A stretch of DNA of 64,000 nt from Vicinamibacteria bacterium (lineage in GTDB: Bacteria; Acidobacteriota; Vicinamibacteria; Fen-336; JAGNNV01): the NCBI GenBank assembly GCA_031412915.1, contig JANODX010000034.1, forward strand, positions 5,425-69,424, in the 5' to 3' direction. Shown piece by piece: positions 9,183-17,882 of the stretch. Below the pieces are notes generated by a model. The model was given only the letters and a program-made list of their open reading frames with translations, was not told where the DNA came from and did not search any database. A program made the translations under genes and the position numbers. How positions within the stretch are numbered: the stretch's first letter is position 1; each line of letters starts with the position of its first letter.

Positions 9183-9283
9183 GCGAAGAACCCGTCCCGA
9201 CCCTGAAGCGGCTCGCGAACCTTTCGCTCGCCTACGGGACGGCGGACGTCCTGGCCCAGGGGATAAATTTCCTCCTGGTCCCC

Positions 9284-10621
9284 GTGTACCTGGCGTTTCT
9301 CACGCCGGAGAACTACGGTGCTTTGGCCCTTCTGCTCCTGCTGTCGACGTTCCTCAAGATCGTCTTCCGCCTGGGTCTGGACGCGGGCTTCATCAGGATC
9401 TTCTACGACCTGCGGGAAGACCAGCGGTCGCGATTCGCGGGCACGGTGTCGATCTTCTCGGCGGGCTTTGCTCTTTCGGCCTTCGCCCTGGTCTGGATCT
9501 TCTCCGCGGAAGTCTCGAGGGCCCTGTTCGAAAACACGGAGGGCGTCTTGTGGGTTCGACTGGTGGCCGCGGATCTGCTCGCGTCGTCATTTGTGTTCGT
9601 GCCCTTCGCCCTGCTGCGCATCGAGGGCCTGGCCTCCGTCTTCTCCACCTACTCCCTGGTTCGTCACGCCGCGAACACGGTTCTGAAGGTGATTCTGGTG
9701 GTCATGGGTCTCGGCGTCACCGGCGCCCTGATTTCAGACCTTCTCGGAAGCGCCCTTCTCGCCCTTCTTCTTTTCACCGAATTGAAGAAGCGGGCAACCC
9801 TGGCCTTCGATTGGGCTCCCCTTCGCGAGGCCTTGCGCTTCGGCCTGCCCAAGGTGCCGCATGGAGTTCTGGTCCAGACCCTCAATCTCGCCGATCGTCG
9901 AATCCTGGGATCCTTCGTGAGCCTGGCCGAAGTGGGCGTCTATCAGGTGGGCAACACTTTTGCGGCGGCCATGAAGTTCCCGCTCTCCGCCTTCGAGCCG
10001 GCCTGGCAACCCTTCGTCTTCGAAAACGCCAGGAAAGAAGGCGGGGCCCGCGAGATCGCTCTCGTGGCCACTCGCATGTCGATTCTCTTCGTCACCGCCG
10101 CCCTCGGACTGGCGTTGGTCCTTCCGGACGTGCTCCGCCTGGTGAGTCGCAATGAGACGTATCACGCCGGCGCCTCCGTGGTGCCGGTTCTGGTGCTGGC
10201 CTATCTGTTCCAGGGTTTCTTCCTGCTCTCCTCGGTGGGAATCACGATTGCCAAGGAGGCTCGCTACTACCCGATGATCACCGCGGCCGCCGCCGCGCTG
10301 AACATCGCGCTCAACCTCTGGCTGATTCCCCATTACGGAATTCTGGCCTCCGCCTGGGCCACGGTGGCCGGATATGCGCTGATGGCGTTCATGGGCGCCA
10401 CCATTTCGAAGAAGTTGTACCCGATTCCCGTTCAGTGGCCGCGGATCGTGGCGGCCCTCGCCGCCGGGGTGGCCTGCTTTTTCCTGGGGACACTGTTCGA
10501 CAACCACCTGGTGGGAGCTCTCACTCGAGTGGGCCTCGCTCTGGCCTTCACCGCCTTCGCCTGGAACGCCATTCTCGACGAGACGGATCGGGGCGAACTC
10601 AGGAAAATCGTGGGGCGCTAG
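9284..10621 (+). CDS. Polysaccharide biosynthesis protein / Wzx-type flippase (MOP superfamily); true start probably upstream of the first canonical start
   Basis: Multi-TM protein with a Wzx-like N-terminal motif (LTPENYGALALLLLL). The frame stays open back to 9053, and nt 9203-9283 encode a plausible first TM (LKRLANLSLAYGTADVLAQGINFLLVP) with no ATG, GTG or TTG. Confidence 0.75.
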   Translation: MYLAFLTPENYGALALLLLLSTFLKIVFRLGLDAGFIRIFYDLREDQRSRFAGTVSIFSAGFALSAFALVWIFSAEVSRALFENTEGVLWVRLVAADLLASSFVFVPFALLRIEGLASVFSTYSLVRHAANTVLKVILVVMGLGVTGALISDLLGSALLALLLFTELKKRATLAFDWAPLREALRFGLPKVPHGVLVQTLNLADRRILGSFVSLAEVGVYQVGNTFAAAMKFPLSAFEPAWQPFVFENARKEGGAREIALVATRMSILFVTAALGLALVLPDVLRLVSRNETYHAGASVVPVLVLAYLFQGFFLLSSVGITIAKEARYYPMITAAAAALNIALNLWLIPHYGILASAWATVAGYALMAFMGATISKKLYPIPVQWPRIVAALAAGVACFFLGTLFDNHLVGALTRVGLALAFTAFAWNAILDETDRGELRKIVGR

Positions 10622-10687
10622 ATCCTCCGGCCTCGATGTCGAAGTCCACCTGGGGATTCTAGCGAGCGGTCTAAGATCCGACCTCCG

Positions 10688-12853
10688 GTGTCCACCTTCT
10701 CGAAGCCCCGCGTTCTCATCGTCGACGACGACCCGATTTTTCGGAGACTGCTCGAACATCACTACGCCGCCGCCGCCTGGGAGACGGTGTCGGCCGCCGG
10801 GGTCGCCGACGGACTCGCCGCTTACGAGAAGGGTCCCTTCGATCTGGTGGTCGTGGACTATCTCCTGCCCGACGGCAATGGACAGGACTTCGTTCAGGGC
10901 GTTCGCGAGACCGATCTCGACGTCCCTATTCTGGTGGTTTCGGGAGCCTTCGACATCGACGCTCTCACCGGCTTCGTCCGCGAGGCCATCGATGACGTGC
11001 TGGCCAAGCCCATCGATTTCTTCAGACTCGCCGAGGCCACTCTTCGTTTGTCTCGCCTCGGACGCGAGCGGCGGCGAATGAGGCAACGGGCCGTGACCCT
11101 GCTGGAAGTCTCCAAAGATCTGAAAGTGGGCGGAGACTCGAAGGAGCTGCTGACACGTTTCGCGCGCGCGGTCTCCGAGGTCACGCCCTTTCGAAAGTCG
11201 GCGATCTTCATCACCGAAGGCGACGGTCGATTCGCCGTCCGCGCCGCGGTTCACGGAACCGGAGATCTTCCCGACCGTGTGCCCGCGAGCGAACTCGTTC
11301 GTGCTTTCGATCGAGGTTTCAAACTCGATCTCACTTCCTTTGTTCCCGGCCCGCTCATCGCGGGTCAACAGGCTTCTCCAAGGCCCGCCTACTCGGAGGC
11401 GCGGGCCCGAAGGCACGCACCGGAGCCCGGGGACCACGGCCTGGTGGAGATCCGCTCGCCCCATCGGCTCTGGGGCTACATCCTCTTCGAGGACCCGGAC
11501 GATCATCAAAGGCCCTCGGAAGACAGCATGCGCCTGCTGTCTCTCTTGTCCGGGTATGTCGCGACCGTCCTCGAGAACCGCGACTCCTACGATGCGGAAG
11601 CCCGTCTTCGATCGAGACTGGAGATGGTTCGCGATGTCGTTCACCTCGCCTTGCAGCGCGCCGATCTGGGAGCGGCCCGGTCCGTCATGACCGCGGCCGC
11701 GGTCACCCGCGCGGGCTACGCCTTTTCCGCCTTCCTGGAGAGGAACCGCGAGGGGCTCTGGTCGATCGAAGCTCCCTGCCCCTCGCTGCAGGGAGCCAGG
11801 GCCCCCGCCCTCATGCACGATGTCCTTGAAGTGCAGATGGCGGAGGCCCATCCGGGCGAGGCTCTCCATCTTCCCCGGCAGAGCTTCATCCTCGGACACG
11901 CGCCCCGGTTTTCCTGCGCCATTCCCGTCTTCTCCGGCTCGGAATTCAGGGGCTATTTCGTAATCGAGGACGACGGCCGCGGGGCGATCGAAGACGCGGA
12001 CGAGGCCGCCTTCCTCACCCTCTGCGATCAAATGGGCCTTCTCATCCGCAGGCTCGACTACGAGCAGGAACTCGCCCGAAAGAACGCCGAGGTCGAAACG
12101 TCCTACGCCAAGCTGCAGGCTATCCACGCGGAAAACGTCCGCATGCAGGAGGTTTTGAGACGCTATGTCCCGCCCTCCACCTGGGACAAGATCGACAAGG
12201 GGGGCGCGGGAGGGTTGGAGGGAATCGAAGAGGTGGTCAATCGAGCGGTCATGTTCGTGGATATCTGCGGCTTCACCCATGCCTCCGAGGTGCTCAAGCC
12301 CCCGCAGATCGTGGCCATGCTCAATTCGTACTTCACCGTGGTGGCCTCCATTTGTTACCAGCACGGAGGAGAGATCGTCAAGTACATTGGCGACGGGATC
12401 ATGGGGTTCTTTCCGGACGGCCCGGCCGCGGTGGCCGCGGTGTCGGACATCCTCGACGCCCGGGGCAAGATCGCGGGCCAGCTCCGGCTGAGCGATGTGG
12501 ACCCGATCGAGATTCGTCTCGGAGTGGCCTGGGGTCCCACCATTGTGACTTCGGTGGGACCGTTCTATCAGCAGGATCGAACCCTCCTCGGCGACACCGT
12601 CAACACCGCCTCCAGACTCGAGCATCGGGCCCTCCCGGGCTCGGCCCTGCTGGACCGCGGCCTCATCGGCGACCGGAATCCCGAATCCCTGGGACTCAAA
12701 TCAGTGGGAATCCTGAATCTTCGGGGAAAGAGAAAACCGGTCATGGTTTTGACCTTCGAAGGCGACGCCGACCGCTACACCGTCGCCGCCACCGGCGAAA
12801 TCACCACGGTCCTGAGCGCCGACGATGACCTCGATCCCGACCGTCTCGGGTAG
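10688..12853 (+). CDS. Response-regulator receiver - GAF-like region - class III adenylate/guanylate cyclase
   Basis: REC domain (RVLIVDDDPIFRRLL...DLVVVDYLLPDGNG...AKP). The C-terminal cyclase has both metal-binding Asp motifs (VMFVDICGFT, KYIGDGIMGFF) and GDTVNTASRLE. Confidence 0.85.
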   Translation: MSTFSKPRVLIVDDDPIFRRLLEHHYAAAAWETVSAAGVADGLAAYEKGPFDLVVVDYLLPDGNGQDFVQGVRETDLDVPILVVSGAFDIDALTGFVREAIDDVLAKPIDFFRLAEATLRLSRLGRERRRMRQRAVTLLEVSKDLKVGGDSKELLTRFARAVSEVTPFRKSAIFITEGDGRFAVRAAVHGTGDLPDRVPASELVRAFDRGFKLDLTSFVPGPLIAGQQASPRPAYSEARARRHAPEPGDHGLVEIRSPHRLWGYILFEDPDDHQRPSEDSMRLLSLLSGYVATVLENRDSYDAEARLRSRLEMVRDVVHLALQRADLGAARSVMTAAAVTRAGYAFSAFLERNREGLWSIEAPCPSLQGARAPALMHDVLEVQMAEAHPGEALHLPRQSFILGHAPRFSCAIPVFSGSEFRGYFVIEDDGRGAIEDADEAAFLTLCDQMGLLIRRLDYEQELARKNAEVETSYAKLQAIHAENVRMQEVLRRYVPPSTWDKIDKGGAGGLEGIEEVVNRAVMFVDICGFTHASEVLKPPQIVAMLNSYFTVVASICYQHGGEIVKYIGDGIMGFFPDGPAAVAAVSDILDARGKIAGQLRLSDVDPIEIRLGVAWGPTIVTSVGPFYQQDRTLLGDTVNTASRLEHRALPGSALLDRGLIGDRNPESLGLKSVGILNLRGKRKPVMVLTFEGDADRYTVAATGEITTVLSADDDLDPDRLG

Positions 12854-12870
12854 GCGGGCGAAACGCGCGG

Positions 12871-12889
12871 TCCCGGGCGTGCTCCGGGA
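12871..12889. terminator. Small hairpin between convergent genes (weak bidirectional terminator candidate)
   Basis: TCCCGG-N7-CCGGGA lies in the 45-nt gap between the cyclase stop (12853) and the PRXL2-like stop (12899). Confidence 0.25.
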
Positions 12890-12898
12890 GATCAAAGG

Positions 12899-13420
12899 CT
12901 ACGGCCGCAGCGCCTTCTGAACGGCATCCTTCAGCGATTCGAGGTTTGGGTGGTCTCCCGCGAACCGGCTCGCGAACGTGTAGGGTTTCGATCCGTCAGG
13001 CATCATCAGAACAACACCCCCGAGCTGGAAGGTATCACCCTGGACGCCCGCCTGGGCGAATCCCTCCTGCCTGGCCTCGGCTCCCCGTTTGAACATCTTC
13101 GGGGACAGGAAGGACAGAAGCGGTCGCTTGAAACCGAGAGCCCGGTAGATCAGCCGCTTCTCGTCGACATAGACCGGCAGTTCGATCTTCGTCTCATCGA
13201 CGAAAGCCTTTGCGTAGCGGAGACTGGAGTGACCGATGACCACCGGCTCGACCCCGAGCTTCCGGAACGCTTCCCGTTCGCGATGCACCTGCACCGCCTG
13301 CTCGCGGCAGAAGATTCAGCCAAAGTGACGAACAAAGATGAAAAGTGCAGGCTTCTTCTTCACGATGTCCGCGAGCGACCTGTCCTTGCCCTCGAGATCC
13401 TTCACGAGAAGATCGGCCAT
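12899..13420 (-). CDS. PRXL2/SelU-like (AhpC/TSA_2 family) thiol oxidoreductase with an in-frame UGA (predicted selenocysteine) in a UxxC motif
   Basis: ATG 13420, in-frame TGA at 13316-13318, stop at 12899; 173 codons. The sequence ...KKKPALFIFVRHFG-U-IFCREQA... aligns with RRPGCFLCREE of PRXL2A. Downstream, VYVDEKRLIY and GDTFQLGGVVLM also match the family. The ATG lies 3 nt after the upstream ALDH stop. Confidence 0.7.
13289..13310 (-). other. Candidate bacterial SECIS hairpin 3' of the in-frame UGA
   Basis: The mRNA reads UGA AUCUU CUGCCGC-GAGCAG-GCGG(UG)CAG. An alternative, slightly larger fold is GCGAGCA-GGCGGUGCAGG-UGC(A)UCGC. Not validated by any model. Confidence 0.35.
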
Positions 13421-13423
13421 GGC

Positions 13424-14986
13424 CTACACGCCCCCCTGCTTGAGGATTCGATCGATCACCGGACGCGAGCCTTCGAGGGCGCTGCGCTGCATATAGAAGG
13501 CCAGGCCGCGTTCCCCTCCAAGCTCCTCGCCGTTGCCGGCGCGGCCGGGACCGCCGTGAATGAGTTGGGGCAGGACCGTACCCGGCCCGGGCGAGAGTTC
13601 CGCGATCTTTGCGCTGCCCAGGAAGACCCGGCCGTGGAAGGGTGCAAGGCCCAGCGTCGCTTCGGAGATGAAAGGGACGTCCTCCGCATAGATCGACGAA
13701 ACCAGACCGCCGGCGCCGCGCGAAACCAGCTCTACCGCCTGCGCCGCCGATCCGTCGTAGGGAACGATGGTGGCCGCGGGACCAAAGACTTCGTGAGAAT
13801 GGACGCTTGGAGCATCGGCCCCGGGTTCCACCTCGAGCAGGGTCGGGGAGACGAAGAAACCCTTGTCAGCGGAGGCCCCTTCCGGTTTCAGTCCGGGACG
13901 GGAGTGCACGAGCCGGCCATCCCGAGCCAGAAGGGAAAGCCCTTCGAGGACCACGGTCTTCTGAGCGGACGTGGCCAAAGGCCCCATGCGAACGCCGTCC
14001 GTGGCCGGATTTCCAACCACCACCACGCCGAGGCGGTCGGCCAGATCGTCGCGGACCCGTTCGCTCACAGGCTCCGGAACCAGGATGCGCCTTATGGCCG
14101 TGCATTTCTGACCCGCCTTCTGGGTCATGTCCCGCAGAACGTCCTTGAGAAAGAAGTCGTAGGTCTCGGAATCCGGTGTCACATCCGGACCGAGAACCGC
14201 CGCGTTCAGGGAGTCCGCTTCGACGTTGATTCGAGTCCCCCGCAGGACCACGCCGGACGTGGCGCGCAGCAAAGCCGCGGTGGAAGCGCCGCCGGTGAAG
14301 GCAAGACAGTCCTGTCCTTCAAGATGTTCGGTGAGATCGTCGGCCTTGCCCATCAGGAGCGAGATCGAGCCTCGGGGCCAGATGTGCGCCTCGACCAGCA
14401 GTTCGAAGAGGCGGTGGGCCACCAGGGCGGAACTCGTCGCGGGCTTCGTGAGCACGGGCATTCCCGCGAGAAGCGCCACCGCTGCCTTCTCCGCCAGACC
14501 CCAGGCGGGGAAATTGAAAGCGTTGACGTGGACGGCAACCCCGTGACGCGTGGTCAGGATGTGCTGGCCCACGAAGCGCGGGGCCCGACCGAGCTGCACG
14601 GCCTCTCCGTCCGCAAGGAGACGCTGGTCGCCCAGGGCTGCTCCCACCTCCCCAAAGGCCTGAAGAGTGACGATTGCGCCGTCGATGTCGAACTTCGCGT
14701 CGGACCGGGTATTCCCGCCATTGGCCATCGACAGAGCGATCAGTTCATCGCGATGCTGCTGCAGAAGGCCGGCCGTCTTTTGAACCAGGTCTCCCCGCTG
14801 CTTGAAGGTCAAGGCGCGCAGCGCGGGGCCCCCGACCGAACGGGCAAAGGCGAGCGCCTCCTTTCGATCCAGGCCTTGGGATGAGGCCCGAGCGAGGACA
14901 TCCTCGGTCGCGGGGTTGAGCAGGGTTTCGCCCTCTCCGGCGCCGTCCGCCCAGGAGCCGCACACGTAGCTTCTCAATCTCGTCAT
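13424..14986 (-). CDS. Aldehyde dehydrogenase family protein (PaaN/BoxD-like 3,4-dehydroadipyl-CoA semialdehyde dehydrogenase type)
   Basis: Start moved to ATG 14986 (MTRLRSYVCGSW...). Motifs NAFNFPAW, FTGGASTA and catalytic QKCTAIRR are present. Confidence 0.8.
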   Translation of the reverse strand: MTRLRSYVCGSWADGAGEGETLLNPATEDVLARASSQGLDRKEALAFARSVGGPALRALTFKQRGDLVQKTAGLLQQHRDELIALSMANGGNTRSDAKFDIDGAIVTLQAFGEVGAALGDQRLLADGEAVQLGRAPRFVGQHILTTRHGVAVHVNAFNFPAWGLAEKAAVALLAGMPVLTKPATSSALVAHRLFELLVEAHIWPRGSISLLMGKADDLTEHLEGQDCLAFTGGASTAALLRATSGVVLRGTRINVEADSLNAAVLGPDVTPDSETYDFFLKDVLRDMTQKAGQKCTAIRRILVPEPVSERVRDDLADRLGVVVVGNPATDGVRMGPLATSAQKTVVLEGLSLLARDGRLVHSRPGLKPEGASADKGFFVSPTLLEVEPGADAPSVHSHEVFGPAATIVPYDGSAAQAVELVSRGAGGLVSSIYAEDVPFISEATLGLAPFHGRVFLGSAKIAELSPGPGTVLPQLIHGGPGRAGNGEELGGERGLAFYMQRSALEGSRPVIDRILKQGGV

Positions 14987-14991
14987 GTCGT

Positions 14992-15426
14992 TCAATCCCG
15001 GAGGTGGGACTCCTGCAGGTCCATGGCCCGATTCGCAAGCGCGTCGGCCTCCTTGTTCTGCTCGCGGCGGACATGCTTGATATCGGCGGTTTCGAAGCCG
15101 CGACGCTGGGTCGAGGCCTGCCGCCACAGCCTGAGCATGTCGGGATGCTTCACTTTGTAGACGCCGTTCATCTGTTTCACCACCAGTTCCGAGTCCGATC
15201 GGATCTCGATCCGCCGGGCGCCGCGGGCGGAGGCGAGCCTGAACGCGTGAACCAGGGCCTGATACTCGGCAACGTTATTGGTAGCGGTGCCGATGAAGCC
15301 AAAGTGCTCCGCCACGGTCTGACCCTGACCATCCACGACGTGGACGCCGAAGCCCGACGGCCCGGGGTTTCCCCTCGAACCGCCGTCGATGTGAATCACG
15401 AGTTCGGGCGGGTGAGGGGAACTCAA
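14992..15426 (-). CDS. Ribonuclease H (RNase HI-like, RVT_3 type)
   Basis: IHIDGGSRGNPGPSGFG...NNVAEYQAL...IRSDSELVVKQMNG...REQNKEADALAN carries the DEDD-type RNase H motifs. Confidence 0.85.
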   Translation of the reverse strand: MSSPHPPELVIHIDGGSRGNPGPSGFGVHVVDGQGQTVAEHFGFIGTATNNVAEYQALVHAFRLASARGARRIEIRSDSELVVKQMNGVYKVKHPDMLRLWRQASTQRRGFETADIKHVRREQNKEADALANRAMDLQESHLRD

Positions 15427-15432
15427 GCAGGG

Positions 15433-16173
15433 CTAGCTTGGGAGGGGCGCTTCGATGGCTCCCTGGGGAGGAGGGGCTTCGAAGTACATGATCCGCGAAC
15501 ACGACGAGCAGGTGATGATCCCGTCGTTCCGTTTGACATCCACATACACCTGGGCCCGGAGTTTCACGTGACACATGGTACAGGCTCCGTCCTTCGCCTC
15601 GGCCAGAGCGGTGCCTCGCGCCTTCAGAATCCGTGAGTACTCGGCCAGCAGGTCCGGCTTCAGGGTTTCCACCTTCTTCTGCCGGGCGGCCGCGACTTCG
15701 CCCCTCTTGGCCTCGCATTCTCGAATACGGGCCTCGAGGGCGCTAATCTCCTGGCCCCAGGTCGCTTCCAGCGCCTTGAAGGAAGACTCCTCCTGCTTGA
15801 CCGCGACCTGGCCACCCTCGATTTTTTCCATGGCGTCGAGAATCTGGTCCTCGCGAGAACGAATCTCCCGCTCCACGTTCTCGATCTCGTGAAGGAGGGC
15901 GGTGTATTCCTTGTTCGTCTTCACATCCCCAAGCTGGCCCTTGTACTTCGAGCGCTTGGCCTCGAAATCCTGCACCTCGAGTTCGAGGTGTTTGCGATCC
16001 TTGGACTGACCGTCGAGAGCGAGTTTGGCCGCGTCCAGGGCGGCCCGGTCGGCCATGATCTGAGCGTCGATCGCCGCTTTCTTCTGGGGCAGGGCCAGAA
16101 GCTCTTTGTCGAAACTCCTCAACTCCACATCGGCCCGGTGGAGATCCACCAACGTCTCGAGATCAGGGTGCAT
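15433..16173 (-). CDS. Coiled-coil protein with C-terminal C4 zinc ribbon (COG1579/DUF164-like)
   Basis: Long heptad-rich region followed by CTMCHVKL...ITCSSCSRIMY. Confidence 0.75.
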   Translation of the reverse strand: MHPDLETLVDLHRADVELRSFDKELLALPQKKAAIDAQIMADRAALDAAKLALDGQSKDRKHLELEVQDFEAKRSKYKGQLGDVKTNKEYTALLHEIENVEREIRSREDQILDAMEKIEGGQVAVKQEESSFKALEATWGQEISALEARIRECEAKRGEVAAARQKKVETLKPDLLAEYSRILKARGTALAEAKDGACTMCHVKLRAQVYVDVKRNDGIITCSSCSRIMYFEAPPPQGAIEAPLPS

Positions 16174-16209
16174 AGGCGAACCCCGATCTTACCTTCGGCG
16201 GGCTCTCGT

Positions 16210-17088
16210 TTACTCCACCCAGATCTCGATCGTCTCTCCGTCTTCACTCACGATCGACACGATCTCGCGGATATTGAGAGAGCGCAGACGCTTCCAGAAC
16301 CCTTCCGCGTCATAGCCCTTCATCTGCAGTCCGCGCTTTGTGGATTCGGGCAGGGAGGAGAACACGAACTCCGCGAGCGAAAAAGGCACGGTCACCGACA
16401 CCGTCTGTTTCCCGCCCTTGGAGATCTTGATCCTCAAGAGGCGCGCAAGGCCCTCGGTTTCCTTTTCCGGTGCGGTCGTTCCGGGGGACCGTGCGGGGGT
16501 GGGGGTGGGACGGGCGGTGCGGGCAGGGGGGATGTCGCTCAGGCTCTTCGGTTCGAGGCGAAGAAGCTGGAGTTTCGCCCGCTCGACGATGTCTCTGTCT
16601 TTGGAGGTGGTCACGATCTCCCTCAGCACGCCCGTAGCCTTGCGGGCCTGGGCCGGATCGCTCAGGGAAGCGACCTGCAAGGCGCCGAAATAGCGCACGG
16701 AGGCTCGCTCATCGCCCAGGGAGCGAAGGACGGCGGTGAGGAATCCGGGTTTGCCGGCCCGGCTCAGTTTGGTAGCGAGGCCAATGCGGGAAATCTCGGC
16801 CTCTTCGGCGAGACGCGCGTCCAAAGGGGGCAAGTCCAGGAAGGCTCCGTACTCGCGGAAGGCCCGTTCGCTCTGACCCAGGGATTCGCTGCAGCGGGCG
16901 ATCCAATAGCTGGCCGCTTCGCTCGAGGGGTTCTTCAACGATGCGATCTCCACCCACTTCTCCCGAGACTCCTCATACTTGCGGTCGAAAAAGAGAGCCT
17001 TCGCTTCGTTCAAGTCCGCCTCGGCGAGAAGGGGGAGCCAGGAAGACAACGCCGAAAAGGCGATGAGGGTCGCGACCAGCCTGTTCAT
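16210..17088 (-). CDS. Secreted protein of unknown function (helical repeat N-terminal part, DUF4252-like C-terminal part), last gene of the ECF sigma module
   Basis: Start moved to ATG 17088 (MNRLVATLIAFSALSSWLPLLAEA is a signal peptide). ATGA overlap with the anti-sigma stop. Confidence 0.6.
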   Translation of the reverse strand: MNRLVATLIAFSALSSWLPLLAEADLNEAKALFFDRKYEESREKWVEIASLKNPSSEAASYWIARCSESLGQSERAFREYGAFLDLPPLDARLAEEAEISRIGLATKLSRAGKPGFLTAVLRSLGDERASVRYFGALQVASLSDPAQARKATGVLREIVTTSKDRDIVERAKLQLLRLEPKSLSDIPPARTARPTPTPARSPGTTAPEKETEGLARLLRIKISKGGKQTVSVTVPFSLAEFVFSSLPESTKRGLQMKGYDAEGFWKRLRSLNIREIVSIVSEDGETIEIWVE

Positions 17089-17882
17089 GGCGCGGCGAAC
17101 TCCTGAGCCACCAGATCCATCTTCATCAGCAAATGTCTCCGGTCCACCACGCGAGCGATGGCATCCACCTCGGTGCGTTTCGTGCACTGGGGAAGATCGG
17201 CGACCTGTTGGAGGACACCTTCGACTTCCTCCATGACACCCTGAGCGGAGACAAGCGCCCCTTCGGAGCCCGAAACCAGGGCCGCCCGGCGGGTGAGAAG
17301 AGACCGGCTGGTTCGAGCTTCCCGTGTGACATCGACGCTGTCCTGGGGCGAGTCCGGACAATCGGCGGCGGCCGTGACCTGAACCAGAACGTCCTGCGCC
17401 TCGGCCAGATATCGGGCGGCGCTGGCCCGCAGCCGGGACTTCTCAAGTCTTTCGTAGAACGCCGTGTCGTTGATCGAGGTCTCGCTCTCGTTCTCCGACC
17501 GAGCGGTCGCGGGGCCGCGCTCAACGGTTGCAGGCGAAAAGCGGCTGGTCACAACGCCCGCGGCCAGACCCACGCCGACCAGACCGGCGGCGATCATCGC
17601 GGCCCCGAGGTTCCATGATTTTTGGGAAAACCCTGGCCGCGACGCGGTTCGCACTCGAGCGAGAACGCGGGTTCGAAGCGCTTCGGAGGAGAGGGGAAGC
17701 GGCCGGTCCAAGGCGGCATCGGCCCGCAGGGCGGCGACCGCGCGCTTCAGGTGCGTCAGTTCGCTCTGACACCCAACGCATGTGGAGGCGTGTCTCAACA
17801 CCCAGCCGGCTTCCTCAGGCTCCAGGGCGGAAGAAGCGAGCAGGCCGAGGCGTCGTCGGTATCGAAAATGGAGAAGAGTCAT
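17085..17882 (-). CDS. Anti-sigma factor (zf-HC2 type, single TM)
   Basis: N-terminal H-x3-C-x2-C (HASTCVGCQSEL), a central TM segment (LGAAMIAAGLVGVGLAAGVV), and a 4-nt overlap with the ECF sigma gene. Confidence 0.75.
   Translation of the reverse strand: MTLLHFRYRRRLGLLASSALEPEEAGWVLRHASTCVGCQSELTHLKRAVAALRADAALDRPLPLSSEALRTRVLARVRTASRPGFSQKSWNLGAAMIAAGLVGVGLAAGVVTSRFSPATVERGPATARSENESETSINDTAFYERLEKSRLRASAARYLAEAQDVLVQVTAAADCPDSPQDSVDVTREARTSRSLLTRRAALVSGSEGALVSAQGVMEEVEGVLQQVADLPQCTKRTEVDAIARVVDRRHLLMKMDLVAQEFAAP

Noticed and set aside
9734-12625. 963-aa ORF on the minus strand, the second-longest ORF in the track
   Set aside because: It lies antisense to the well-supported Wzx and REC-GAF-cyclase genes. 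The translation is low-complexity (rich in Gly, Arg, Glu, His and Asp) with no recognisable domain. This is a typical high-GC shadow ORF.
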